Part shown: positions 47,207-55,870 of the stretch, one piece after another
Layout of the letters: each line of letters starts with the position of its first letter
How positions within the stretch are numbered: position 1 is the stretch's first letter
From: a virus
Virus record (IMG/VR): IMGVR_UViG_3300047160_027173
Coordinates: 32,001 to 96,000 of that record
Strand: one strand, 5' to 3'
DNA: 64,000 nucleotides
The notes under the pieces: generated by a model
Databases searched by the model: none
What the model saw: only the letters and a program-made list of their open reading frames with translations
Told to the model about the DNA's origin: nothing
Program-made: the position numbers and the translations under genes

Positions 47207-47689
47207 TCAACGGCCGATCACCTTGGCCTTGACGACGTGGTCGCCGAGGTGGGTCGCAGCCCACGACTCCGGCTTCAGAACACAGTACAGCCCCTGGCTG
47301 ACGACCATTGCCGTCAGCTCCTTGACGTACAGGCTCGACTTGAACTTGACGTTCGGGTTGGCGTCGACGTGTACCTCCAGGCTGCTTTCCTTGTTGAGCA
47401 TGGGCTCCAGCTCCAGAGCCAGCTGAACGCTGTGGAAGACCTCGCGGAGCAGGCGCTCGCGAAGCGACTTGATGCGGTCGGCGGTCTCCACGGTGTAGAA
47501 GGCACGGCCGCCCTTGCCGGGCTCGTGGACGGCGACCACGGTCACGAACTGCGTGACCTTGCCGTCCTGCTGGCTGTCGGTGCCGACGTAGACAGTCCGC
47601 TGGCCGGCGAGAGCCTCGCGGATCACCGCCAGGGGCTCGGCCAGGACTGCTCCGTCTACCGTCTTCCACCTCTTTTCGAACATGCTCAC
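47207..47689 (-). CDS. RNase H-like YkuK (DUF458) family protein
   Basis: 'VYVGTDSQ...FVTVVAVH..GKGG', 'LRERLLREV..S', 'EVHVDAN', 'KPESWAATHLGDH'. Confidence 0.9.
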   Translation of the reverse strand: MSMFEKRWKTVDGAVLAEPLAVIREALAGQRTVYVGTDSQQDGKVTQFVTVVAVHEPGKGGRAFYTVETADRIKSLRERLLREVFHSVQLALELEPMLNKESSLEVHVDANPNVKFKSSLYVKELTAMVVSQGLYCVLKPESWAATHLGDHVVKAKVIGR

Positions 47690-47704
47690 GTTTGCTTCCT
47701 TTCT

Positions 47705-47744
47705 GAAACGACGAAGGGGCCCGCGGTTTCCCGGGGGCCCCTTC
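47705..47744 (-). terminator. Intrinsic terminator (attenuator 3:4 hairpin)
   Basis: GAAGGGGCCC-CCGG GAAA CCGC-GGGCCCCTTC followed by GTCGTTTC, ending ~15 nt before the ykuK-like start. Confidence 0.75.
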
Positions 47745-47767
47745 CATGGTCTATCTGGTCTCTCGGA

Positions 47768-47905
47768 TCAGTCCATGGAAGGGGCGGTATCGGGCTTGAT
47801 GCTGAAACCGCCCTCGGTACCCTGATTCGGGCACACGACGACCGCGGCGGCCCGAAGGGACGCGCGATACCACATCGTATGCAAGGACAGAGCTTCCAAG
47901 TTCAT
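47768..47905 (-). CDS. Putative attenuator leader peptide (45 aa from ATG, 43 aa from TTG 47899) containing all 20 amino acids
   Basis: AGGAG RBS. MNLEALSLHTMWYRASLRAAAVVVCPNQGTEGGFSIKPDTAPSMD*. The last codons overlap the antiterminator arm. Confidence 0.65.
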   Translation of the reverse strand: MNLEALSLHTMWYRASLRAAAVVVCPNQGTEGGFSIKPDTAPSMD

Positions 47906-47916
47906 CTCCTGACGAG

Positions 47917-47942
47917 CTAGATTGAGGGCGACACTATAACAC
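47917..47942 (-). promoter_or_regulatory. Tandem promoters: extended -10 (TGtTATAGT) plus late motif CAATCTAG
   Basis: GTGTTATAGTGT is identical to the 12-mer at 25944-25955. The late motif is at 47917-47924. Confidence 0.65.
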
Positions 47943-47958
47943 AGCCGCCCGACAGCCG

Positions 47959-48279
47959 CTACTTGGGCTGCTTCACCCGGGTCAGGGCCGAGTTGAGGAC
48001 GTCGTAGAGGTCCTGCTGGCTGCAGCGGTCCTGGGGGAAGTCCTCGTTGAACTTCTGGCAGCGGTCGCCGAGAAACTCGAACAGGTCCTTGACGGTGGCC
48101 AGCAGCCATTCGTAGCGGTAGTGGTTGGGGCGCTCGCCGCGGGCGATCTGCTGCCTGATCATCTCCCGCTGGCGGATGCCGTAGCGGAGCTTGCTGTCGT
48201 TGTCGCTGACCAGGCGCCGGAGGACGTCGATGGCGTTGTCCAGGGTGCGGTCGTCGATCTCGGTCACGGTGTCGGTCAT
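47959..48279 (-). CDS. Hypothetical protein
   Basis: MTDTVTEID..., coupled by ATGA to the upstream gene. Confidence 0.65.
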   Translation of the reverse strand: MTDTVTEIDDRTLDNAIDVLRRLVSDNDSKLRYGIRQREMIRQQIARGERPNHYRYEWLLATVKDLFEFLGDRCQKFNEDFPQDRCSQQDLYDVLNSALTRVKQPK

Positions 48280-49097
48280 AGGCTCTTGGTCACGGAAACA
48301 ATGAACTTGTCTTTGATCTTCTCTTCCCACTGCTTCAGCGCCCACACCGCGGCCTCGTCGAGGAACTTCTTCGCTTCCAGGCCCGGATGGACCCAGCGCC
48401 CGCTGCCCTTCATCTTCGAAGAGGCCGTTCGGAATGTTACCACAGACCTCCGCATCTTCTCCTCGCCGTTCTTATCCTTGTAGGGCTTCTGGTAGACGCG
48501 GACGCCGGCCAGGAAGGGGACGCCGGTCGGGCCCTGGCGGGGAGCGCCGATGGGCCCATGCCCCTGGCCAGGACCGCTCCCGTCCTTCAACGGAGCCGTG
48601 AGAATGTCAAAGCTGTGAATGAGGCCCTGCTTGGGCTGGCCGGCGGCATCACTCTCTAGCCCGCCCCAGGGGATGCCGCGGTCCTTCATCTCCTGCTTGA
48701 TGGTGGAGGTCAGGTCTCGCTGGGCCTGGGTCTGTTGGGTGGGGCCCTTCTTGTGCTCGAAGGGCACAGCCAGGTACTTGCTGCCGTCCGCGGCGGTCTT
48801 CGTCGACTTGGACTTCAGGAGGTCGTCGATCATCTCGTGCTCGTCCATGCCTTCCTCGATCCACATGGCGTCGGGGTCGAGAATGATGGACCAGGTATCG
48901 GCGTCCACCTGTTCCACGTGCAGCGCCTCCAGATACTTCTCGCGGCTACTGTGGAGCTTGGCCTGGACCTCTTCGATGATGTGGGCCTCGGTCTGGATGA
49001 CGAGATCCTGCAGGGCCTTCTTGCTCTCGGTCGCAGCAACATCTTCCAGGTCCTTGAGGGACAGGAGGTCGCCGATGTCAAGGTTGAGGTAGATCAC
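48276..49097 (-). CDS. Probable neck/virion morphogenesis protein
   Basis: 'WIEEG...MIDDLL...YLAVPF.H', 'VTFRTAS....WVHPG'. Structural operon context. Confidence 0.6.
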   Translation of the reverse strand: MIYLNLDIGDLLSLKDLEDVAATESKKALQDLVIQTEAHIIEEVQAKLHSSREKYLEALHVEQVDADTWSIILDPDAMWIEEGMDEHEMIDDLLKSKSTKTAADGSKYLAVPFEHKKGPTQQTQAQRDLTSTIKQEMKDRGIPWGGLESDAAGQPKQGLIHSFDILTAPLKDGSGPGQGHGPIGAPRQGPTGVPFLAGVRVYQKPYKDKNGEEKMRRSVVTFRTASSKMKGSGRWVHPGLEAKKFLDEAAVWALKQWEEKIKDKFIVSVTKSL

Positions 49098-51595
49098 TGT
49101 TGGGGCAGGTCGCCGTCCGAGTAGTGCTCGGGCTGCGCTTCGGGCTTGTCCTTGGGCAGGCCACCTGGATGCTTGGCGCTGGTCGGGCGGCCAGTCGGGC
49201 TCGGGACGACACCGGAGCGCATGGCCTGCCAGCTGCTGTGACCGTCGGCGTGGGCTACCTTCCTCTTGCCGCCCTCACGGGCTCCGCTGGGGCTGGTGTC
49301 CTTCTGGCTGCCGTCGGGGAGGATGACGTTGTGCCTGCCGGTCTTGCCGGCCTCGGTGGCGGCCTTCTCCAGCTCCGAGCCGGGCTTGATGCCCTGCTTG
49401 GTCGGATCCAGGTCGGTGCCGTCGTGCAGCCGAATCCACTGATGGCTCTCGCCCTTTGGGGTCTCGCCAACGACGGCCTCATGGGGAATGCGGTGGTGAC
49501 GAAGGGTATCGCTGAGCAGCTCGGCGGCATCGTCACAGAAAAGGAACTCGCCACGACCGATGTGCCCGGCAATCTCACCCTCGTGCGCACCGATAAGGTC
49601 GCTCATTTCCTGGGGAGACTTCGCACCGCGGAGCTTCTTGGCGATGTGCCCGGGGATGTGAGCTAGCCTGAGACCGCGGGGCTTCGACTCAGCCTTCTCG
49701 ACCATGTCGGGCTCGGCCGCGGCCAGCTTCTGCGGCAGCTGGACGTCGAGCAGGCGACCGGCCATGTCGGCGGCGCCAGCCGGGTGGCTCTGGTGCGGCG
49801 TCACGAGGAGTTCGGTCTGGGCACCGGAGTTGCGGCCAAACCCAACCGAATGACTGGGGTCGAGCAGGTCGAACGAGGTGCGGACACTCTTAGTCGGCAC
49901 CCAGCTGATGTACGGGCGCATGCCCTTGCCAATGGGGCTGTCGCCCTTCGGATAGAGCTTGTGAGAGTAGCTGGCGAGCGCCTGGTCCGGAACGCGCTTC
50001 ATCCCCAGCACGCCCTTGTCGTCCAGGTACCGGGCCAGTGGCACGTGGGGCTCGCCGTTGATCATCTTCGACTTGGGCAACAGCGCCTTCTGGACCTGCA
50101 GATAGTGCTGATGGGCCTCATCGACGAGGTGGGAGTTCTTCACCAGCGAGGACGCCAGTTCGGCCACGTTCGGGATCTCGTGCTTGCTCGCGGCCAGACC
50201 GGCGGCGTGCTTGAGTCCGGCCATGAACCTCTGGTCCGCGTGCTGCGGATCGCTGTTGTACGAGGCCATGTTCTCCATGCGATGGTGGAGGTAACGGAGC
50301 AGCTGGGCCTTCGGCGTGTGCGCGTTCTTCTTGTAGCTGTTGTGGAGGTCCTTCAGGTCGTGGACTGCCTTGCCGGCCCGATGACCTTCCACAGCCAGCT
50401 GGAAGGCCAGTTCATCTTTTGGGCTTGGAGGGCCCTCGCTCTTGGCGAGGCCAGCCTCGGCGAGCAGTCCCTGGATGGCCTTTGAATCAAGGCCCTCCGC
50501 CTCCAGACGCTTGACGGTGTTCGCCATGGCGATGGCGGCCTGCTCGGGACGGTCCTGCTTGAACTTCGCGATGGCGCGAAGGGTATTCTTCGCGTGCGCG
50601 AGGTCCTCTTCGGGGGTCGTCGGGCGGGTACCGTGCTCCAGCGTGTCCGTCTCGTCAGGCGGAGTGCTGTTGCGGTTGTGGTCGGTGGCGATGAAGCGGC
50701 CCTGCTCGTCGCGGGGATGAGTCTTGGGGTCGAAGATGTCGGCCTTCTGCAGGCCCTTGCTCATGCCCTCGACCTCGGCGGGCTCGCCTTCCTCGGGGTC
50801 CTGGGGGGCGGCCCAGAGCGTGCGGCCCATGGCGATCATCGTCTGGGCCATCTGATTGACGGCCTCGGCAATCTCCGGGTTCTGCTGCTGGAGCAGGGCC
50901 AGGGTCTGGGGGTTGCCCTTGAGCTGCTGGAGGATGGCGGCGATCTTCATCTTCAGGGCGTCGTTGGCGGCGTCCTGAGCGTGGGCCTCGGCGTCGGCCT
51001 TCTGCTTGTCGGCGGCGGCGTGGAAGTCCTTGAGGAAGTCAGCGGGCTGCTTCTCTTCCTTGGCGCCTTCCTCACCGTGGCCGCCTTCCATGTGCTGCAT
51101 GAGCTGCTGCATGTGGGGGTCGTCGACGGTGCCCTGGATGGCCTCTGGAGTCTCCTCGGCGCGGGCCAGGTACTCGTGGCCGAGCTTCTCCTGCTCGTCC
51201 TGCTGGAGCTGGAGGTTCTGGATGGTGTTCTCGACGTGGGGGCCGTAGGTGACGATGCGGTCTTTCCCTTCGAGTTTGGCCACGAGCAGGGCCTTCTGGG
51301 CCTCGCTGAGGCGCATGCCCAAGCCGACGCTGGCGCTGGCGCCCACCAGGGCGTGGTACTGCTGGCGGAGGGTGGGGACCTCGCCGATGCGGCTGGCGTC
51401 GACCTGGACGACGACCTCGTCGCCGCCGGCACTGACGACCTGGCCACCGACACCCAGGGCCCACTTGGTCCAGAGGTCGTTGCCGTCGGTGATGAGCTTG
51501 CTCAGGCGGCGGACCTCGGCCACGTCATCGGCGAGGCTGGCCCGACCGACCTGGGACCCGATGCTGTCGCCGTCGATGCTGACGAAGAGATCCAT
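49094..51595 (-). CDS. Polyvalent virion protein: mCpol-like cyclase/polymerase palm domain, ART-like domain, papain-like domain
   Basis: Start reassigned to MDLFVSIDGD (late motif 9 nt upstream). See findings. Confidence 0.75.
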   Translation of the reverse strand: MDLFVSIDGDSIGSQVGRASLADDVAEVRRLSKLITDGNDLWTKWALGVGGQVVSAGGDEVVVQVDASRIGEVPTLRQQYHALVGASASVGLGMRLSEAQKALLVAKLEGKDRIVTYGPHVENTIQNLQLQQDEQEKLGHEYLARAEETPEAIQGTVDDPHMQQLMQHMEGGHGEEGAKEEKQPADFLKDFHAAADKQKADAEAHAQDAANDALKMKIAAILQQLKGNPQTLALLQQQNPEIAEAVNQMAQTMIAMGRTLWAAPQDPEEGEPAEVEGMSKGLQKADIFDPKTHPRDEQGRFIATDHNRNSTPPDETDTLEHGTRPTTPEEDLAHAKNTLRAIAKFKQDRPEQAAIAMANTVKRLEAEGLDSKAIQGLLAEAGLAKSEGPPSPKDELAFQLAVEGHRAGKAVHDLKDLHNSYKKNAHTPKAQLLRYLHHRMENMASYNSDPQHADQRFMAGLKHAAGLAASKHEIPNVAELASSLVKNSHLVDEAHQHYLQVQKALLPKSKMINGEPHVPLARYLDDKGVLGMKRVPDQALASYSHKLYPKGDSPIGKGMRPYISWVPTKSVRTSFDLLDPSHSVGFGRNSGAQTELLVTPHQSHPAGAADMAGRLLDVQLPQKLAAAEPDMVEKAESKPRGLRLAHIPGHIAKKLRGAKSPQEMSDLIGAHEGEIAGHIGRGEFLFCDDAAELLSDTLRHHRIPHEAVVGETPKGESHQWIRLHDGTDLDPTKQGIKPGSELEKAATEAGKTGRHNVILPDGSQKDTSPSGAREGGKRKVAHADGHSSWQAMRSGVVPSPTGRPTSAKHPGGLPKDKPEAQPEHYSDGDLPQQ

Positions 51596-51759
51596 GCACG
51601 GGCCTAGATTGCCGGATAGAGGAGGTTGCTGGCCGGAAGTCGAGGGCAGAGGTGGTGACTGGGTTGCCGTCCTAAAAGTGGGTCCAATGAGACCCCTCTC
51701 CGGGGCGAGCGGCGCCGGGCTTAAACTGAAGCGGCCACCTCTGCCTACATCTTCGGTGC

Positions 51760-51789
51760 TTGACTCCCGCCCCCGTCCCATGAGATAGT
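51760..51789 (+). promoter_or_regulatory. Probable sigma70-type promoter giving a leaderless transcript
   Basis: TTGACT-18 nt-GATAGT with extended TG. ATG 7 nt downstream, no RBS. Confidence 0.5.
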
Positions 51790-51795
51790 TTCTCC

Positions 51796-53211
51796 ATGCC
51801 GACCGCCATCCCCGAAGTCTCCACCGCGACCTACTCGATTCCCGAGGCCCACCTCCACGAGCTGGAGGCCAAGCTCCAGAAGTTGGTCAAGAAGTCCGCC
51901 AAGCTCTCCATGGGCGGCGTCAGCTACAGCGTCGACCGCGACAACCCCGAGGACCGCGTCATCAGCCAGCGCCGCGCCATCGCCCACCGCCTCGGCGAGG
52001 AGCCCCAGGTCGAGCAGACCTTCCGCCGCTACTTCACGGTGACCATCACCGGGACCATCCCCCGCCTCGCGGGCTGGGACTTCCTCGCGACCCTCGACCA
52101 CATGGAGGTCGACGGCGAGAAGGCGAACATCCTCCGCGTCGTCCCCGGCTTCGACGGCGTCATCCCGACCGCGTTCCGGACCGCGACCCCCGAGAACTGC
52201 GACCACTGCCACAAGGCCATCCGGACCCGGAAGAACACCTTCATCGTCCGCAACGCCGAGACCGGCGAGTTCAAGCAGGTCGGTCGGAACTGCACCCAGG
52301 ACTTCCTCGGCGGCCTCGACCCGCACGAGGTCGGTAAGATGCTGGAGCTGGTCCGGCTGGCGAACGACGCCGCGGGCTCGGACTTCGAGGGCGGCCTGGG
52401 CGGCGGCTCCGACAAGGACATGGGCTTCGGCTTCGAGACCTTCCTGGCGACGGTGAACGCGGTCATCCGCCTGGAGGGCTGGCTCAGCCGCGGCAAGGCC
52501 CGCATCGAGGACCGCCTGGAGATGGCGACCGCGAACCGCGCCCTGTACGCCCTCACCCCGCCCCGCGGCGGTGGCCAGGCCCGCGCCGACTGGGAGAAGT
52601 TCGTCGAGGAGCTGGCCGTCGGCCCCGAGGACCTGGAGGTCGCTGAGGCCGCCATCGACATGGTCCGCGACACCATCGACTTCCAGACCGAAGACAACGA
52701 CTACCGCCGCAACCTCCGCATCGCCTTCGGCCAGGACGTGGTCTACAACAAGCTCGCGGGCATCGTGGCCTCGGGCGTCAGCTTCTACCTCCGCGAGGTC
52801 CAGAAGCTGAAGGAGGCCGAGGGTCTCCGCCAGGCCACCAGCACCGAGTTCATCGGCACCGTCGGCGAGAAGGTCTCCCTGGAAAACGTCCAGCTGGTCT
52901 TCATCCGCCGCCTGGAGGGTCAGTTCGGCGGCTACGACCTGGCGAAGTTCGTGACCGCGGACGGCAAGGCGGTCACCGTCTTCGGCCAGGTCGAGGGCGC
53001 CGTCGGCGAGTTCGGCAGCCTGGTCGGCAAGGTCAGCAAGCACGACTCCTACCAGGGCAAGCCCAGCACCCAGGTCAAGGGTCGCACCCTCTTCACCAGC
53101 ACCGCCCGCCAGGCCGAGCTGGACGCGCTGAAGGCCGAGCAGAAGGCCGCCAAGAAGGCCCAGAAGGCCGCAGAGAAGGCCGCCCTAAAGGCGGCCGAGG
53201 AGACCAAGTGA
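51796..53211 (+). CDS. Phage protein with zinc-binding motif and probable C-terminal OB-fold
   Basis: 'CDHC...R.R......VGRNC' and 'EFIGTVGEK...GKVSKHDSYQGKPSTQV'. Strongly biased codon usage. Confidence 0.75.
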   Translation: MPTAIPEVSTATYSIPEAHLHELEAKLQKLVKKSAKLSMGGVSYSVDRDNPEDRVISQRRAIAHRLGEEPQVEQTFRRYFTVTITGTIPRLAGWDFLATLDHMEVDGEKANILRVVPGFDGVIPTAFRTATPENCDHCHKAIRTRKNTFIVRNAETGEFKQVGRNCTQDFLGGLDPHEVGKMLELVRLANDAAGSDFEGGLGGGSDKDMGFGFETFLATVNAVIRLEGWLSRGKARIEDRLEMATANRALYALTPPRGGGQARADWEKFVEELAVGPEDLEVAEAAIDMVRDTIDFQTEDNDYRRNLRIAFGQDVVYNKLAGIVASGVSFYLREVQKLKEAEGLRQATSTEFIGTVGEKVSLENVQLVFIRRLEGQFGGYDLAKFVTADGKAVTVFGQVEGAVGEFGSLVGKVSKHDSYQGKPSTQVKGRTLFTSTARQAELDALKAEQKAAKKAQKAAEKAALKAAEETK

Positions 53212-53531
53212 GCTACCACCAGCCGATTCGAGTCAAGGTCGTCCGCAACGCCCGGAAGTACGACCCCGACGAGACCTCCCTCTGGAAGGTCGCCCTGGTG
53301 GCCCTGGCCATCATCGGCGGCATCGTCGGGGCCGTCATCCACTACAGCGACGGCGGCAACCAGCTGCAGTCGACGTGCTCGGAGAAGGCCGCCGAGGAGA
53401 ACCAGCTCCGGACCGTCCTGAAGACTCTCGACCACGACCTCCCCGGCTACAAGGTCAACCGGGCCCGGGTCGTCCAGCTCCAGAAGCAGCTCCAGTTCTG
53501 CACCAGCGAGCCCCCCGAAGAGATCCCATGA
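53208..53531 (+). CDS. Membrane-anchored hypothetical protein
   Basis: One transmembrane segment; coupled overlaps. Confidence 0.65.
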   Translation: MSYHQPIRVKVVRNARKYDPDETSLWKVALVALAIIGGIVGAVIHYSDGGNQLQSTCSEKAAEENQLRTVLKTLDHDLPGYKVNRARVVQLQKQLQFCTSEPPEEIP

Positions 53532-54046
53532 GCGACGACTACAACGACCACTATCCCCTGGACATCCTCGGGCCCGTCGGCCGGCAGAAGTCAGTGTCCA
53601 CGGCCCTGGCCGTCACCAACCGGGTCCGCCAGCGCGTCCTGAACTGGCTCCAGGGCCTGGAGGACGACGACGAGTTCCCGGAGATCGACCTCGATGACAT
53701 GACCGGGGCCTGTGCCATCGTCAGCTGGATTGCCCAGCGGGTGCTCACCAACCTCGGCTACCAGGTCCACCTGGTCCGGGGCGAGTTCGACGAGCAGGTT
53801 CACTGCTGGGTCCAGATCGGCCACGTCATCATCGACGGCACCGCGACCCAGTTCGGCATCCCCGGCCCGGTCTACCTGACCACCAGGGGCAAGGACCCAC
53901 GCTACGTGGAGCTGTTCCGGGACGACGACGCCGAAGAGGAGTTCCTCCGGGACTGGCGCAGCCAGAGCCCGTACCGATTCGGCCGGGAAGTCACGACCAT
54001 CGCCGACGAAGTCGTCAAGCTCTACCGGAGACGGAAGAAGGCCTGA
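53528..54046 (+). CDS. Papain/transglutaminase-like fold protein
   Basis: 'GACAIVS...HCWV....IIDGTATQF' Cys-His-Asp triad. Start MSDDYND. Confidence 0.7.
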   Translation: MSDDYNDHYPLDILGPVGRQKSVSTALAVTNRVRQRVLNWLQGLEDDDEFPEIDLDDMTGACAIVSWIAQRVLTNLGYQVHLVRGEFDEQVHCWVQIGHVIIDGTATQFGIPGPVYLTTRGKDPRYVELFRDDDAEEEFLRDWRSQSPYRFGREVTTIADEVVKLYRRRKKA

Positions 54047-54163
54047 TGGACCCTGCCCTGGACTTCCTGGAGTCCGCATTCTTGTTTTTGGCGCTCCCCC
54101 TGGTTACATGGGCGTTCATCCAGGTAAGCCTGCGACTTTGGGCCAGCCTGAGGGAGCGATCTG

Positions 54164-54400
54164 ATGCGACTCAAGCAAGGCGAGAACCAGGCCCGAAAGG
54201 CCTACGTGATGACGATGTTGACGGAGAACCCCCGGGCTAGCTACGCCGCCCTCCAGCGAGGCCTGAAGGACAGATTCGGCCACGCCATGCAGCAGGGCCT
54301 GCTCAGGGGCTACGTCGAGGAGTACACGGTGACACTGACGGCACCCATCAAGGTCACCATCACCGAGGCCGGTGACAACACCGACGTGGTGATCGAGTGA
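54164..54400 (+). CDS. Small hypothetical protein
   Basis: GGGAG RBS; coupled to the kinase gene. Confidence 0.55.
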   Translation: MRLKQGENQARKAYVMTMLTENPRASYAALQRGLKDRFGHAMQQGLLRGYVEEYTVTLTAPIKVTITEAGDNTDVVIE

Positions 54401-55257
54401 GCTACCCGCTAATCGGCATCCTCGGCGGGTCCAAGTCCGGCAAGGACACCGTCGCCGAGTACATCAACGAGTTCCTGGGCGGGGTGAACATCGCCCAGGC
54501 CGACCCCATGAAGCGCTTCGCCAAGCAGATCTTCGACTTCACCGACGCCCAGCTCTGGGGTCCGAGCGAGAACCGGAACGCTGTCGACCACCGGGGCACG
54601 GACTATTTCTACTGGGACCACGTCGCCAAGAACATCACAGCTTCCGCCAAGGACTTCTTCGAGGCCTGGAGCCTGCCCCAGAAGAGGCGCGACTATGGCA
54701 CCTGGCCAGAGAGGCCGGTCGCCCTCAACGACTACGAGGCCGCTGGAGCCCTGACCGCCCACTACGACATGCTGCGCGAGCACTACCGGAACACCTTCAG
54801 CCCCCGGATTCAGCTCCAGCACTTCGGCACGGAGTTCGGTCGGGCCCTGGACAAGAACCTCTGGAGCCGCCAGGCCATCTGGCTGGCTGAGGGCCTCCTC
54901 GAAGGCAAGGTGCTCTACGCCCGCGAGGGTGCTGTCGGGAGCAAGCTGGGCATGGTCACCGGCACCAGGGCTCGGATGGACCACGAGCCCACGCCGGCCT
55001 GGGTGACGGTTTCCGACGTCCGCTTCCGCAACGAGGCCCTGAACATCAAGGCCAAGGGCGGCCTCCTGGTCAAGGTCGTGAACCCGGAGATCACCGGCGC
55101 CGTCAAGGTCGGCCTCCAGAACCACGCCAGCGAAACCGAGCTGCTCTCCATCCCCCAGAGCTGGATGGACTTCACGCTGACCAACGACAAGACCCTGGGC
55201 CTGGAAGCTCTTCGGGCCATGGTCAAGAGCGCCCTGCGCAGCCTGGAGCTGCTGTGA
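54397..55257 (+). CDS. Deoxynucleoside monophosphate kinase
   Basis: 'GILGGSKSGKDT', 'ADPMK', 'SPRIQLQHFGTEFGR', 'SDVRFRNE', 'HASE'. Confidence 0.9.
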   Translation: MSYPLIGILGGSKSGKDTVAEYINEFLGGVNIAQADPMKRFAKQIFDFTDAQLWGPSENRNAVDHRGTDYFYWDHVAKNITASAKDFFEAWSLPQKRRDYGTWPERPVALNDYEAAGALTAHYDMLREHYRNTFSPRIQLQHFGTEFGRALDKNLWSRQAIWLAEGLLEGKVLYAREGAVGSKLGMVTGTRARMDHEPTPAWVTVSDVRFRNEALNIKAKGGLLVKVVNPEITGAVKVGLQNHASETELLSIPQSWMDFTLTNDKTLGLEALRAMVKSALRSLELL

Positions 55258-55868
55258 GGGTCCACGACCCACGTCCGGTGGTTGGCGTCGACGTCGACGA
55301 CACCGTCTGCAACCTCATCGGGGGCTGGATTCCGGCCATCAACCGGGACTTCGGCCTCAACGTCCGCCTGGACCAGATCACGGAGTGGTTGCTGGCTGAC
55401 TGCACGCCGGAGCTGAAGGCCATCGGCGACGACCGCCTGGCCGAGTACTTCGGCAAGCCCGGATTCCACCTGAACCTGGACCCGATGCCGGGCGCCATCG
55501 AGTCCCTGCGGCGCCTGAGCAAGGACTACCGGCTGTACTTCATCACGGCCCGGCACGGTCCGCTGGCCATCAGCGAGACCTTCGACTGGTTCAAGAAGCA
55601 CCTGCGCTGGGTCCAGCACAAGCAGATCATCTTCGCCCGGGAGAAGCACATCTTCCAGCTGGACGCGGCCATCGATGACAAGCTCGACCACCTGAAGGGA
55701 TTCCGGATGGCCCCGCACCTGGCCCAGGCCAAGGTCCTCGGCGTCGAGCGCCCGCACAACCTCCGGGAGCGGACGCCAGACGTCGCCCACTTCTGGTTCG
55801 AGCCCAGCGTGACCGGCTGGAACGCAGCCGTCGACTACCTGTACACCAACGTCCACCCCAAGGAGTAG
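55254..55868 (+). CDS. 5'(3')-deoxyribonucleotidase (HAD, NT5C-like)
   Basis: 'VDVDDTV', 'PMPGAIE', 'FITAR', 'IDD'. Confidence 0.85.
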   Translation: MRVHDPRPVVGVDVDDTVCNLIGGWIPAINRDFGLNVRLDQITEWLLADCTPELKAIGDDRLAEYFGKPGFHLNLDPMPGAIESLRRLSKDYRLYFITARHGPLAISETFDWFKKHLRWVQHKQIIFAREKHIFQLDAAIDDKLDHLKGFRMAPHLAQAKVLGVERPHNLRERTPDVAHFWFEPSVTGWNAAVDYLYTNVHPKE

Positions 55869-55870
55869 AC

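Noticed and set aside
47182-47210. TTGACA-17-TAGTCA promoter directly upstream of the tRNA array (minus strand)
   Set aside because: The -10 lacks the final T and the -35 is partly the ykuK-like stop codon. Not called, but if real it would give attenuator-independent basal tRNA expression.
51596-51781. N-terminal extensions in the ORF track (also 42979-43116, 23261-23461, 32799-32870, 44981-45163, 47906-48109)
   Set aside because: They run through promoter motifs, RNAs or other genes. The downstream starts fit RBS/late-motif spacing.
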